Shown: piece after piece, positions 19,670-30,004 of the stretch
Numbering within the stretch: position 1 is the stretch's first letter
Layout of the letters: every line of letters starts with the position of its first letter
DNA from: Paenibacillaceae bacterium
GTDB lineage: Bacteria > Bacillota > Bacilli > Paenibacillales > UBA4045
Length of the DNA: 64,000 bases
Direction: 5' to 3'
Assembly (NCBI GenBank): GCA_040904605.1
Contig: JBBDTA010000137.1
Span: 9,284 to 73,283, forward strand
The notes under the pieces: model-generated
Seen by the model: the letters and a program-made list of their open reading frames with translations, nothing else
Databases searched by the model: none
What the model was told of the DNA's origin: nothing
Translations under genes and position numbers: made by a program

Positions 19670-21082
19670 ATGGCACTCTGGAAAAGTGTTGTCGGCAAGC
19701 TATGGATGACAATTATTCTATTGGTTGCTGTTGTATTAATCGTACTTGGTGCATTTCTTCTTGAGTATATTGATGCTACTTTCAATAATTCCAGAGATGT
19801 GAAGAAGCTTTTTGTCTACACTGGAATTATTGGATTTTTGTTGACCACTTTTTTTGCTTTCTTCTTATCAACCCGAATAACAAAACCGCTCATGTTTATG
19901 AAGAAAGCAGCGGACCTGATATCAAAGGGTGATTACAGCACGAGAGTTCCTGTAGTTTCCTCTGATGAAATCGGTCAATTATCGAACACAATGAACTTTA
20001 TGGCTGAGAAGCTGGAAGGCACCATTCATGCTCTGAGCTTGGAGAGAGATCGATTGTCGAGTGTGATTCGGAGCATGACCGATGCGGTTATAACCTTCGA
20101 CGCAGCAGGCACAGTCATTCTCGCCAATCCGCCAGGAGGTCAACTGCTGGAAGAGTGGAGTCATATCCGTTGGGATGAGGAGCAACCTATACCCAAGGAT
20201 CGGATACCAGAGCCGTTAATGTCAGTGTATCTCGCTGTTCAGGAGCGTGGTGTTCAAGTCAATTCCAAGCTTCATGTCAACAGTGGTGTATGGTCTGTGG
20301 TGATGGCACCCTTATACGCGAACAATACCGTTCAAGGTGCGGTTGCCGTGTTGAGGAATGTGACGGAGGAATTCCTTCTTGAGAAGCTACACAAAGACTT
20401 CGTAGCGAATGTATCCCATGAGCTCAGAACACCACTCTCTATGTTACAGGGGTATAGTGAAGCACTTCTAGATGATATTGCTGGAACCCCAGAAGAGAGA
20501 AAGGAACTCGCTCAAGTTATCCACGATGAATCCTTAAGAATGGGTCGACTCGTCCAAGATTTGTTAGATCTGGCAAGAATGGAAGTAGGGAAGCTAGATC
20601 TGAAGAGAGAGCGCGTAGACGTCCAAACCATTCTCACTCGTGTGGTAAGGAAATTCTCAGTGCTCTGTAAAGAACGAGGCATCATTCTAAATCCCAATGA
20701 CCCTACGAAGCAGCTCATTCTCGAAAGTGCGGATGAGGATCGGATCGAGCAGGTGCTAACTAATTTATTAGATAATGCAGTACGGCATTCGAAGCAAGCA
20801 ACAGAAATTACGATACATGCCCAAACCATTGAATTAGATGGCAAAACGGTTGTTCAACTGGTCATTCAAGATCAAGGTCAAGGGATTGATGAGATTAGCT
20901 TGCCATATATATTCGACCGCTTCTATAAGGTTGATAAAGCTCGAACTCGTGGAATTAGCGGTGGGACTGGATTAGGGCTTGCTATCGTTAAGAACATTGT
21001 TGAGGCTCATCGAGGTTCGATTGAGGTGCAGAGCATTGTGAATGAAGGTACGACATTTACTGCGTATTTCCCGGTGAAGTAA
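19670..21082 (+). CDS. resE: Sensor histidine kinase
   Basis: 470 aa with two TM segments, HAMP, PAS, the H-box HELRTPL and an HATPase domain. Confidence 0.88.
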   Translation: MALWKSVVGKLWMTIILLVAVVLIVLGAFLLEYIDATFNNSRDVKKLFVYTGIIGFLLTTFFAFFLSTRITKPLMFMKKAADLISKGDYSTRVPVVSSDEIGQLSNTMNFMAEKLEGTIHALSLERDRLSSVIRSMTDAVITFDAAGTVILANPPGGQLLEEWSHIRWDEEQPIPKDRIPEPLMSVYLAVQERGVQVNSKLHVNSGVWSVVMAPLYANNTVQGAVAVLRNVTEEFLLEKLHKDFVANVSHELRTPLSMLQGYSEALLDDIAGTPEERKELAQVIHDESLRMGRLVQDLLDLARMEVGKLDLKRERVDVQTILTRVVRKFSVLCKERGIILNPNDPTKQLILESADEDRIEQVLTNLLDNAVRHSKQATEITIHAQTIELDGKTVVQLVIQDQGQGIDEISLPYIFDRFYKVDKARTRGISGGTGLGLAIVKNIVEAHRGSIEVQSIVNEGTTFTAYFPVK

Positions 21083-21230
21083 AAGCGAGGAAGGGCATAG
21101 CTTGACGAATTACCCAAAATCATGATGGAAAATATTGTTTCACGTGAAAATAAATGTTTCAACAATCGTCGAGCATTAAATAAACCTGCTGAGCGGAACG
21201 TAGATACCAAAGTATGGGTTCGTACATCAT

Positions 21231-21262
21231 AAAGCCATCAGAGTAACTTCTCTGATGGCTTT
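21231..21262. terminator. Shared hairpin terminator between the convergent resE and serA genes
   Basis: AAAGCCATCAGAG-TAACTT-CTCTGATGGCTTT, a 13-bp perfect stem. Confidence 0.6.
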
Positions 21263-21285
21263 ATGATGTACCGGTTTCAACAAAC

Positions 21286-22875
21286 CTACAAAGTAACTTC
21301 CTTCACTTTAATCATCTCAGGAAGCAATGCCAGTTGCTCGATAACGGCCTTAGGAGCTTGCTTATCAACGGTTATGATCATGATTGCCGATCCACCGATA
21401 TCCTTACGACCTACCTGCATCGTTGCAATGTTCACATTGTTGTTGCCGAGTACGGTACCAAGGCGTCCAATAATTCCGGGCTTGTCATTATGTGATACTA
21501 GAATGATATTGCCGTCAGGCGATAAATCTACAGGATACTGATCAATTTGTACAATACGTGGACCATATCCATTGAGGAGGGTTCCAGCGATAACACGTAT
21601 TTCTTTTTTGGTTTTCAATGAAAGTGTAACTAGATTGGTGAAGCCTTTGGCTAATGGTGATTGTTGTACAACTATGTTCAAATCACGTTGCTTGGCCAAG
21701 TGTAGGGAATTGATCATATTGACTTGCTCGGTACCTAGATGATGGGATAGTACGCCTTTGACAATATTGCGGGTAAGAGCCATAGTATCGACTTCAGATA
21801 ATTCCCCTGAGTAGTTAATGTTAATTTCCTCGATTGGCCCCTCAGCTAACTGCACAAGAAAGCGTCCCATATTCTCACCTAACATGAAGTAAGGCAGTAA
21901 CTTATTGAGAACATCAGCCGCTATAGGAGGCATGTTCACAGCGTTCTTGAAAGGCTCATTACGCAATACATGGAGCACTTCCTCTGATACGTCAATGGCC
22001 ACATTCTCTTGTGCTTCAAAGGTTGAGGCACCAAGGTGAGGTGTAACGATCACTCTCGAATTAGTTAGAAAAGGATGGTCTGCAGCAGGAGGTTCTACTT
22101 CAAAAACGTCAAAAGCAGCACCTGCGACAATGCCCTCATCAATGGCTTCGACAAGTGCATACTCATCAACAAGACCGCCTCGAGCGCAATTGATAATTCG
22201 CATACCTTTTTTCATAACTTCAAATTGTGGTTTTCCAATAATATGGTGTGTTTCGTTTGTTAAAGGTGTATGGAGCGTAATGAAATCAGCTTTGGCTGAT
22301 ATTTCATTCACTGAGCCTAGCTTAATTCCCAGCTTCTCAGCACGGTCTTCAGTGAGAAAGGGATCATAACCGAGAATATCCATTCCGAATGCTTTCGCTC
22401 TCTTAGCAACTTCACTACCAATACGACCCATACCGATGATACCTAGAACTTTATTGCGTAGCTCTACACCAAGGAAGGATTTCCGATCCCATTCTCCAGA
22501 TGTGGTCTTCTTATGTGCTTGTGGTATATGACGAGCGAGTGACATCATCATCGCAAATGCATGCTCACAGGTCGTAATGGTATTACCATCTGGCGCATTG
22601 ATTACGACGATACCAAGCTGAGTAGCTGCTTCTAGATCGATGTTGTCCACGCCTACACCAGCTCGTCCAATAACCTTGAGCTTCTTACCAGCTTGCATGA
22701 TGCTTGCAGTTACCTTCGTTTGACTGCGCACGAGTAGAGCGTCATAGTCGGGAATAATGGCGATCAATTCTTCTTCAGTAAGTCCTGATTTCTTATCAAC
22801 CGTGATATCTCCAGCATCATAAAGCTGTTGAATCCCCATATCACTAATTGGATCTGATACTAATACTTTAAACAT
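21286..22875 (-). CDS. serA: D-3-phosphoglycerate dehydrogenase (long form with ACT domain)
   Basis: 529 aa with the NAD-binding motif GIIGMGRIGSEVA and a C-terminal ACT domain. Confidence 0.95.
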   Translation of the reverse strand: MFKVLVSDPISDMGIQQLYDAGDITVDKKSGLTEEELIAIIPDYDALLVRSQTKVTASIMQAGKKLKVIGRAGVGVDNIDLEAATQLGIVVINAPDGNTITTCEHAFAMMMSLARHIPQAHKKTTSGEWDRKSFLGVELRNKVLGIIGMGRIGSEVAKRAKAFGMDILGYDPFLTEDRAEKLGIKLGSVNEISAKADFITLHTPLTNETHHIIGKPQFEVMKKGMRIINCARGGLVDEYALVEAIDEGIVAGAAFDVFEVEPPAADHPFLTNSRVIVTPHLGASTFEAQENVAIDVSEEVLHVLRNEPFKNAVNMPPIAADVLNKLLPYFMLGENMGRFLVQLAEGPIEEININYSGELSEVDTMALTRNIVKGVLSHHLGTEQVNMINSLHLAKQRDLNIVVQQSPLAKGFTNLVTLSLKTKKEIRVIAGTLLNGYGPRIVQIDQYPVDLSPDGNIILVSHNDKPGIIGRLGTVLGNNNVNIATMQVGRKDIGGSAIMIITVDKQAPKAVIEQLALLPEMIKVKEVTL

Positions 22876-23067
22876 GTAGACCTCTCCTATCTGTAAGTTG
22901 CTTACAACTGGATTCTATCAGTTTGTAAAACCCGATCAGAACTGACACAACTCTTCTCATTTTATAGCATAGCGCTCACATATTGCAATGTGTATGCCTT
23001 GAACATTTAATGAATTTTCGCTATTCTTCAATATATGAATACGATTATGCTTACGATGAAAGGCTAT

Positions 23068-23988
23068 TTATTCATAGAAGAATGGTAGCTGTGGTATGGT
23101 TTCGTTCTTGTAGAATATTTGTCTTTTCTTAAGATAATCACCGCTTCTAACGGCATTCGTATCGACGAGCATTTCGATCATCGGCTTAATGGTTGTGAAA
23201 TCCATCTTCTTAGCTTGTCCATTCGCAATCATCTCATCAATTCTAATGGTTAAATCCTGTGGGTAGAAGGCAGCATAGTATTCTGTTCCCTTCAAGATAT
23301 TCGAGACGAATTCATTCTTTATATTTAAATTCATATGTGCCCATTCGTTAAGACTCACATCATTCTTATCTGCTAGCTCAATGCCTGTTAAATTGGGATT
23401 CATGGATTCATTCCATCTAACAATGGAGGAATAGTAATCAGACTGAGCTAATAGAGCGAAATTTTTCGCTTCCTTGAAGGATACATCATTATTGATCATT
23501 TCAATTATTTTTGTGCCTTGTTGGCTAGATACTTTTGAACGGAAATTATTCGAAGCAGCGGAGAACAATTTCAAGCTTTTCAGATAATTACTGTGTGCCT
23601 CTTGTAACAAAGGGGATATAGATGGCATTGACATGGATTCAATGGTCTTGAATTTCTCGTCAGCCAGCTTACTTAATTCCTTGAAGACACTTTGCGGATC
23701 AACAGATTTGCTTTCCAATTCTATGGCATCTAGATGCTCAAACCATTTTTTCTGAAAATCACGGTATGGTAAATAGATCGTATGATAGAATGAGACCAAA
23801 TATTGTTGATGGTATGCAGTTAGCTCTTTAGCCATCTCTTGTTTTTCGGCCATGAGAAGTTCATATTTAGTAGTAGTCTTATCTTTACCCACTTTAATAC
23901 CATAGAAAAATGCACCAAGTACACCTATAATGACAAATAGAAAAAGCAATGTCATCAAATAATCAGTTTTTGATAATTTTTTGTTCAT
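23068..23988 (-). CDS. Hypothetical membrane-anchored protein
   Basis: A long ORF with one N-terminal TM segment. ATG 23988 is preceded by a GGGAGGG SD. No recognisable family. Confidence 0.6.
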   Translation of the reverse strand: MNKKLSKTDYLMTLLFLFVIIGVLGAFFYGIKVGKDKTTTKYELLMAEKQEMAKELTAYHQQYLVSFYHTIYLPYRDFQKKWFEHLDAIELESKSVDPQSVFKELSKLADEKFKTIESMSMPSISPLLQEAHSNYLKSLKLFSAASNNFRSKVSSQQGTKIIEMINNDVSFKEAKNFALLAQSDYYSSIVRWNESMNPNLTGIELADKNDVSLNEWAHMNLNIKNEFVSNILKGTEYYAAFYPQDLTIRIDEMIANGQAKKMDFTTIKPMIEMLVDTNAVRSGDYLKKRQIFYKNETIPQLPFFYE

Positions 23989-24062
23989 AGGGACTGCCCT
24001 CCCTGCATCATAATTACACAACAGTCTTTCATAGTATAGGCGATGTTGTCAAAAAAGGGAAT

Positions 24063-24686
24063 ATGTCGAATGGAGTATCGGTCAAAATGAAACGCATAAA
24101 ATTAAGGAACATCAAATTAAGGAAAGTTAATATTCGGGAAATCAGTGAACGAACATTACTTATTAACCTATACTTCACCCAAGCTTTGATCCTTTTGTTT
24201 GCTTTCCTACTTATGTGGTGGTTGCATATTACGCTGGGAAATCTACTCATAGCTCATAGTGGAGCTGGAGCAACGATCGTGACGTATGGTATTCTATTCG
24301 CCGCTGTTGTTCTTTTCTCCGATTATATACTCGCTCGTTGGATCCCTAAGCATGTGACTGATGATGGAGGAATGAATGAGAAAATATTCGCAAATCGTTC
24401 CTTATGGCACTTGATTGTCATCTGTCTAGTGGTGTCGGTATGTGAGGAATTATTGTTTCGAGGGGCCGTTCAGAACTCCATAGGTGTATACTGGACAAGT
24501 GTACTTTTCACAGCCATACATGTGCGCTATTTACAGCATTGGTTAATGACGTTATTAGTTTTTGCAATAAGCTATGGATTAGGATGGATATATATGCAAA
24601 CAGGTACGCTATTTACACCGATCATTGCCCATTTTATTATTGATTTTGTACTTGGATATCATTTACGGGGTGGGAGCATAGAATGA
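24063..24686 (+). CDS. CPBP (CAAX) family intramembrane glutamic endopeptidase
   Basis: Motifs CEELLFRG, FTAIHV and IIAHFIID in a polytopic protein. ATG 24087 is an alternative start. Confidence 0.8.
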   Translation: MSNGVSVKMKRIKLRNIKLRKVNIREISERTLLINLYFTQALILLFAFLLMWWLHITLGNLLIAHSGAGATIVTYGILFAAVVLFSDYILARWIPKHVTDDGGMNEKIFANRSLWHLIVICLVVSVCEELLFRGAVQNSIGVYWTSVLFTAIHVRYLQHWLMTLLVFAISYGLGWIYMQTGTLFTPIIAHFIIDFVLGYHLRGGSIE

Positions 24687-24928
24687 AGGATTCGAAGAAA
24701 GTCTCTGAGCTGATAGAGCTCCATCTGGAACTTAAGGGTGAAGCCCGTCCATTGAATTTTGCAGACGATTATTTAGATGCGGCTTTCGATGAGAATACAC
24801 TCCCGCCGAGGCGGTATCTCTTCCCATCGAAAAAACCGAAGCTGACACGGATATTCTATAACACGCTGTTTGTTCTGTTCCTCATATTGGTAATAGGATT
24901 AACAGTTTGGGGCGCGAAGATGAATTGA
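24683..24928 (+). CDS. Hypothetical small membrane protein
   Basis: 81 aa with a C-terminal TM segment. A 4-nt ATGA overlap with the CPBP gene suggests translational coupling. Confidence 0.5.
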   Translation: MKDSKKVSELIELHLELKGEARPLNFADDYLDAAFDENTLPPRRYLFPSKKPKLTRIFYNTLFVLFLILVIGLTVWGAKMN

Positions 24929-24949
24929 CGGCTCCCTGCATAGCATTCA

Positions 24950-25780
24950 TTATTTAGCTTCAAGCTCTATCGCTCGTGGATCAATAAAGCTATATCCTTG
25001 CTCCTCAATCTTCGATAATAACTCATCTAATGCTTCAACCGTCCATGCCAACTCATGCATGAGGATGTTGCTACCTGGACGAAGCTGTTCCATCACCGAA
25101 TCGATGACACCTTGGGGTTTTCTGATATTATCAGCCCAGTCTAAAGACCCGTTTGACCATGTCATATAAAGCATGCCCTCCTCTCTAACTTTAGCACGAA
25201 TATAGTCGTTACCAGCCCCATTCGGAGGACGGAAATATAATGGGGACTCCCCAGTCAAATCCTTCACAATAGTCTGTACATCGCTGATTTGTTGATCGAT
25301 CTTCTCATTTGTTTCTTTCTTCAGATTGATGTGATCCCATGAATGATTGCCAATGGTTTGACCTCGCACGTGAATAAGCTTCAGTAGTTCTGGTTTTTGT
25401 TTAATACGATAGCCGTTAACGAAGAAGATGGCTTTCGCTTCATGTTTATCCAAGATATCTAATAAAGTGGTTAACATTTCTTCATCCTTCGGGCCATCAT
25501 CGAATGTAAGTAATACGACATTCTTATTATCTGCCTCATCATTTGGTTTAATAAAGAAATTAGACGTCATATGATAGTTCTGGATAATGGGTTCATTGTC
25601 CAAGGATAGTTCCGGTTGAACAGGGGCAGCAGAAGGGGTAACTTCAGGTAAATTTTCTTCAGGTTGTTTTGCTTGCTCCGGTTTAATTACTTGGGGTGGT
25701 TGATTTGTTGCTGTTTCCGTGCTGCATCCATTTAATATTAGGATAACGACTGTGAGGATTACTGTGATGAGTTTTTTCAT
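24950..25780 (-). CDS. Polysaccharide deacetylase family lipoprotein
   Basis: Lipobox LNGCS and NodB-domain motifs (TFDDGP, HSWDH). SD AGGGAG is upstream. Confidence 0.85.
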   Translation of the reverse strand: MKKLITVILTVVILILNGCSTETATNQPPQVIKPEQAKQPEENLPEVTPSAAPVQPELSLDNEPIIQNYHMTSNFFIKPNDEADNKNVVLLTFDDGPKDEEMLTTLLDILDKHEAKAIFFVNGYRIKQKPELLKLIHVRGQTIGNHSWDHINLKKETNEKIDQQISDVQTIVKDLTGESPLYFRPPNGAGNDYIRAKVREEGMLYMTWSNGSLDWADNIRKPQGVIDSVMEQLRPGSNILMHELAWTVEALDELLSKIEEQGYSFIDPRAIELEAK

Positions 25781-25907
25781 TAAGCCATCTCCCTAAACGT
25801 TTTTGATGAGTTGGATAAATATTTGTCACCATACATATTACCACATTGAATTTGGTATAAATCAATAAAAATATTGCCATAATATAAACGAAAAGGGGGG
25901 TTTAAAC

Positions 25908-26240
25908 ATGCGAATGAGAGGATTTTTAGTCGGTGGTTTGGTTGGTGCAGCAGCGGCAATGTATTTTTCGAAGAACAACCGTCCGATGTTGACGACAGCA
26001 ATAAATTGGGATCAGGCTGTTAATAAAGCTGGTCAATTCGTTCGATCTGCGAGGAACATGTGGGATTCAACCTCCATCATGCAAACTAGTACTAAATCGA
26101 ATGGCGCAACGACTGAGAAATCGAAGGATACAAATTTAGACCAAATAAAGAATGTAGTTAGCGAGGAACCTGAATTAAAGCGTGAAGTGGACAAAATACT
26201 AGAAGAGAATGATCGACAGCCTATTCATAACCCAATATAG
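25908..26240 (+). CDS. Hypothetical protein with a YtxH-like glycine-zipper N-terminus
   Basis: 110 aa with an N-terminal GFLVGGLVGAAAAMY segment, a good SD and a downstream terminator. Confidence 0.55.
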   Translation: MRMRGFLVGGLVGAAAAMYFSKNNRPMLTTAINWDQAVNKAGQFVRSARNMWDSTSIMQTSTKSNGATTEKSKDTNLDQIKNVVSEEPELKREVDKILEENDRQPIHNPI

Positions 26241-26253
26241 AAAACACCATATG

Positions 26254-26287
26254 CCATCGCCACATTATTGGGCGGTGGTTTTCTTAT
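26254..26287 (+). terminator. Intrinsic terminator
   Basis: The CCATCGCC/GGCGGTGG stem is followed by TTTTCTT. Confidence 0.65.
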
Positions 26288-26427
26288 GTTTATCTGTATT
26301 TGCTTTATTTAGTAGTGCATTAGCAATCATGAAATGGTAACATGATAGTGAAGGCGGAATGTGTTCACCACGCCATATCGACTGACATAATCTGATATAA
26401 CCGGTTGTTGTGGAGGAGGATCCTATC

Positions 26428-27042
26428 ATGAAAATTGAACGTTTGAGTCCCGACAAGATAAGGATTTTCCTTACTTTTGACGATTTGGTGGAACGCGGGA
26501 TCCAGAAGGATGATATATGGCGCGAAATACCAAAGGTCCATGAGTTATTCAGTGAGATGATGGATCAAGCTTATTCTGAGCTCGGATTTGATGCAACGGG
26601 GCCATTAGCTGTCGAAGTATTCGCACTCCCAGTCCAAGGGATGGTCATTATCGTAACCCGAGGTAAGATGAGTCATCAGCATCTTAGGGGAGAATTTGAT
26701 GCAGATGCATTTGAGAGCGATGAAGAGGTTTATGAAATGGAAGTCACCCTCGAACAGAGTGATCTCATTTCCTATGTTTTTGCAGACTTTGAGTATTTGC
26801 TCCGTGCTGCTAAAGTCATCAGTCAATTTGTTCCCGACCATGGTGGTTCACTGTTCTCATATAAAGATAAATGGTACCTACAGTTGGAGCCTCATGAGAT
26901 GGAAGATAGGGACTATAACACATTAATCTCAGTGTTATCTGAGTTTGGGGATGCCACGTCTGTAACTCCAGCAATTCTTGAAGAGTATGGGAAGTTAGTT
27001 ATCGTTGAGGATGCCGTGAACGTGCTTTGCGCACATTTTTGA
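26428..27042 (+). CDS. mecB: Adaptor protein MecA family (MecB/YpbH-like)
   Basis: MKIERLSPDKIRIFLTFDDLVERG N-terminus typical of MecA. ATG 26428 follows a GGAGGAGG SD. Confidence 0.85.
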   Translation: MKIERLSPDKIRIFLTFDDLVERGIQKDDIWREIPKVHELFSEMMDQAYSELGFDATGPLAVEVFALPVQGMVIIVTRGKMSHQHLRGEFDADAFESDEEVYEMEVTLEQSDLISYVFADFEYLLRAAKVISQFVPDHGGSLFSYKDKWYLQLEPHEMEDRDYNTLISVLSEFGDATSVTPAILEEYGKLVIVEDAVNVLCAHF

Positions 27043-27082
27043 TTTTATATATATTTTTAGTTAGAGGGGAGCTTTAAGCATA

Positions 27083-27751
27083 GTGGCTTTCTCATTGCTC
27101 ATGGCCGCCATAGCTCCCGGACTTGCTTTGCTGGCCTACTTTTACCTGAAGGACCTCTACGAATCAGAACCCATTTCGATGGTAGCTCGTATGTTTGTTC
27201 TTGGAATTCTAACCGTTTTCCCAACTATGGTTGTACAGCGTGGCTTCGTCTTAGGTTTAGGCGAAAACCCTCTGCTCTTTGCGTTTGGGATTTCAGCGGG
27301 TATTGAGGAATTCATTAAGTGGTTTCTTGTATATTTCTTAATTTTTCGAAATTCGTCAATCAAGCAGCCGTATGACGGTATTGTCTATGCTACAGCTGTT
27401 TCATTAGGGTTTGCAACATTAGAGAATGTATTGTTCTCATGGTTTTATCAGCCATCGATTTCAACTCTTCTTTACAGAGCAATGCTACCGGTGTCGGGGC
27501 ATGCTTTATTCGGCGTTGTTATGGGCTATTACCTCGGCAAAGCGAAATCTTCACCAGAGCACGAAAGGAAATATGTCACATACGCACTATTACTGCCTAT
27601 ATTCTGGCACGGGTCGTTCGATTACATTCTGTCGCAGGCTAATAATTATTGGTTATGGCTTATAGCGCCATTCATGTTTATTCTCTGGGTACGGGGAATT
27701 CGCAAAGTCAATCGAGCCAATCGAATGCCAATCATTCGTCAACGTTTATGA
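27083..27751 (+). CDS. prsW: PrsW-family intramembrane metalloprotease
   Basis: 222 aa, polytopic, with EEFIKW and HALFG motifs and a GTG start. Confidence 0.85.
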   Translation: MAFSLLMAAIAPGLALLAYFYLKDLYESEPISMVARMFVLGILTVFPTMVVQRGFVLGLGENPLLFAFGISAGIEEFIKWFLVYFLIFRNSSIKQPYDGIVYATAVSLGFATLENVLFSWFYQPSISTLLYRAMLPVSGHALFGVVMGYYLGKAKSSPEHERKYVTYALLLPIFWHGSFDYILSQANNYWLWLIAPFMFILWVRGIRKVNRANRMPIIRQRL

Positions 27752-27820
27752 ATAAACACCCATCCATCAACAGAGACTATTCCATAGAGTTTACTTGTTG
27801 GTGGAAGGAGACGAATCAGA

Positions 27821-29185
27821 ATGTATCGAAGATTAAGTGCCGTATTATTACCCGTTCTTACCCTTGCATTAATCGGTACTGGGGTTTGGGGCTATCAAGA
27901 GCATCAAGAGAAAAATTCTATTCTAATTAAAGCGGAGAACCAGTACCAAAGGGCGTTTCATGATCTATCTTATTATATGGGGCAGCTCAAGCAAGAGCTG
28001 GGCAAGACCATGGCCGTGAGTACAGCGTCTCAGGATTATCAGAAGCGTCGATTGATACAAGTATGGCGGATGACCAGTCAAGCACAGAATCAGATTAATC
28101 AGCTGCCTCTGACACTATTACCCTTCACAAAGACAGAAGAATTTCTCGATAAAATCGCCAGTTTTTCCTATCGGACATCCATCCGAGATTTAACGAAAGA
28201 ACCCCTTTCAGACAAGGAGAACAAGACATTACTTACACTTTATTCTCGTTCCAAACAGCTTTCCAAGGAGCTCGAATCTATCCAGACGGAGGTACTGAGT
28301 CAGAATTTACGATGGATGGATGTCGAAGTTGCTCTGGCTTCGGAGAAGAACATGATTGACAACAAGATCATCGATGGTTTTAAAATAATGGATAAAACCG
28401 TGAGTGAATATGATGAAGTTGAATGGGGTCCCTCTGTTCAAACCCTTTATGAAAAACGAAGTGTACAAGCGCTATCTGGACCTGTTATGAATGAGAGTAA
28501 GATCAGACAGAATGCATCAACATTCATCAATGATGTAAGCCCGGATCAATGGATAGTTACGGAGAATGGAAAAGGAACTGAATATAACTCCTATAGTGTA
28601 TCTGTTGAGAGGGAGAATGGAACCGTATTAAATCTGGATTATTCCAAAAGAGGAGGCCATCTACTATGGTATATAAATCCTCGAGAGGTAAAGCAGGACA
28701 ATCTTTCCATGATTCAAGCAAGGGAAAAGGCAGAAAAGTACTTAGCACACAATAAATATGGATCTTTAACTCCAGTAAACTATGACCATTATGATAAGGT
28801 GAGCAGTATTACTTTCGCAGCTACAGAGGGGGGCATCGTGTACTACCCTAAGAAGATTACAGTGAGAGTGGCTATGGATGACGGCGAGATTGTCGGTTTG
28901 CAGGCTCAAGACTATGTTTATGAGTCCCCGAAGAAGACACTGAATAAGCCTAAGATGACGATGACAGAAGCGGCTATGCTGCTAAATCCATCCTTCCAAA
29001 AATTATCGAGTAACCGTTCATACATGGAGAACGATTTAAATCAGGAAGTGTTATGTTATGAATTCACAGGTAAAATTAATGGTGGACATTACCGAATTTT
29101 CTTAAATGCTGACACGGGTGCAGAAGAAAAGGTTGAAACCATAGAACCTGCGGAGGCGGCGTTCGGTCAAGAGAGAGGGTCATAA
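27821..29185 (+). CDS. ypeB: Germination protein YpeB
   Basis: 454 aa with an N-terminal anchor and C-terminal PepSY-like repeats. Neighbourhood is prsW / ypfA / cmk. Confidence 0.85.
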   Translation: MYRRLSAVLLPVLTLALIGTGVWGYQEHQEKNSILIKAENQYQRAFHDLSYYMGQLKQELGKTMAVSTASQDYQKRRLIQVWRMTSQAQNQINQLPLTLLPFTKTEEFLDKIASFSYRTSIRDLTKEPLSDKENKTLLTLYSRSKQLSKELESIQTEVLSQNLRWMDVEVALASEKNMIDNKIIDGFKIMDKTVSEYDEVEWGPSVQTLYEKRSVQALSGPVMNESKIRQNASTFINDVSPDQWIVTENGKGTEYNSYSVSVERENGTVLNLDYSKRGGHLLWYINPREVKQDNLSMIQAREKAEKYLAHNKYGSLTPVNYDHYDKVSSITFAATEGGIVYYPKKITVRVAMDDGEIVGLQAQDYVYESPKKTLNKPKMTMTEAAMLLNPSFQKLSSNRSYMENDLNQEVLCYEFTGKINGGHYRIFLNADTGAEEKVETIEPAEAAFGQERGS

Positions 29186-29201
29186 TGACCTCTCTTTTTT
29201 T
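29172..29201 (+). terminator. Intrinsic terminator overlapping the ypeB stop
   Basis: The AGAGAGGGTCA/TGACCTCTCT stem is followed by TTTTTTT. Confidence 0.7.
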
Positions 29202-29288
29202 CTATATGAGAATTAATAAGTTGGCTTGTTCGTTTTTCTATTAGGCGGTATAATGCCAATATCAGCTAACTTAGGAGAAGGTGTCAAT

Positions 29289-29942
29289 TTGCTGCCGACT
29301 ATCAATCAGCTTTTATTTATCCAAGTTGCATCTATGGATGAAGAAGAATCTCAACATGAATATAAGTCTCGTATTTCAGATGTCGGAGATGCTTATATTG
29401 CAATAGAGGTACCAATTAGTGTGAAGACGGGAAGACTGAAGCAATTAGTCATTGGCGATCAAATTTCGGCCCATTATAAAACAGAAGGTGGAGTGAAAAA
29501 CTTCTTCAGCAGTGAGGTTATTGGGCTTCGTGAGGAAGTGATTAAGCTTGTTCTGATCAAGCCGCCGGAATTGGATTCTATAACAAGAGTACAGCGTCGT
29601 AATTACCTTCGTGTACCTGCTGAGCTTGAGATCGCCATTAAGCTGCAGGATAGACTGCAAATATTAGGGGTCACAGATGATGTCAGCGGTGGTGGACTTT
29701 CATTTATTTGTGATGGGCACTATCCGTTTAAATCCAAAGAGATTATTTCGTGCTGGCTATTGCTAAACTACAAAGCAGGTACGGTCGAGCATATGCCATT
29801 TCACGCAGAGGTCGTAAGAATTAAACCCTTAGAGACTGGCAAACAACTACTCATGTGCAGTTTTACAGACATTGCTGAGCATGAACGGCAGAAGGTCATT
29901 CGATATTGCTTTGAAAGACAATTCGATCTTCGGAAAAAATGA
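29289..29942 (+). CDS. ypfA: PilZ-domain c-di-GMP receptor / flagellar brake protein (YpfA/MotI-like)
   Basis: YcgR-N plus PilZ pattern (RRNYLRV ... DVSGGGLSF). TTG 29289 lies 8 nt after SD AGGAGAAG. The track's start at 29226 overlaps a TATAAT box. Confidence 0.8.
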   Translation: MLPTINQLLFIQVASMDEEESQHEYKSRISDVGDAYIAIEVPISVKTGRLKQLVIGDQISAHYKTEGGVKNFFSSEVIGLREEVIKLVLIKPPELDSITRVQRRNYLRVPAELEIAIKLQDRLQILGVTDDVSGGGLSFICDGHYPFKSKEIISCWLLLNYKAGTVEHMPFHAEVVRIKPLETGKQLLMCSFTDIAEHERQKVIRYCFERQFDLRKK

Positions 29943-30004
29943 ATAATATAACTATATCAGCGTATAATACGGGCCATATCCAATAAAATGGGGGGGCTTT
30001 TTGG

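Noticed and set aside
21122-21232. 36-aa ORF (MMENIVSRENKCFNNRRALNKPAERNVDTKVWVRTS) between resE and the shared terminator
   Set aside because: It has no SD within 15 nt and no recognisable small spore-protein signature. It ends right at the terminator, so it is not impossible, but support is insufficient.
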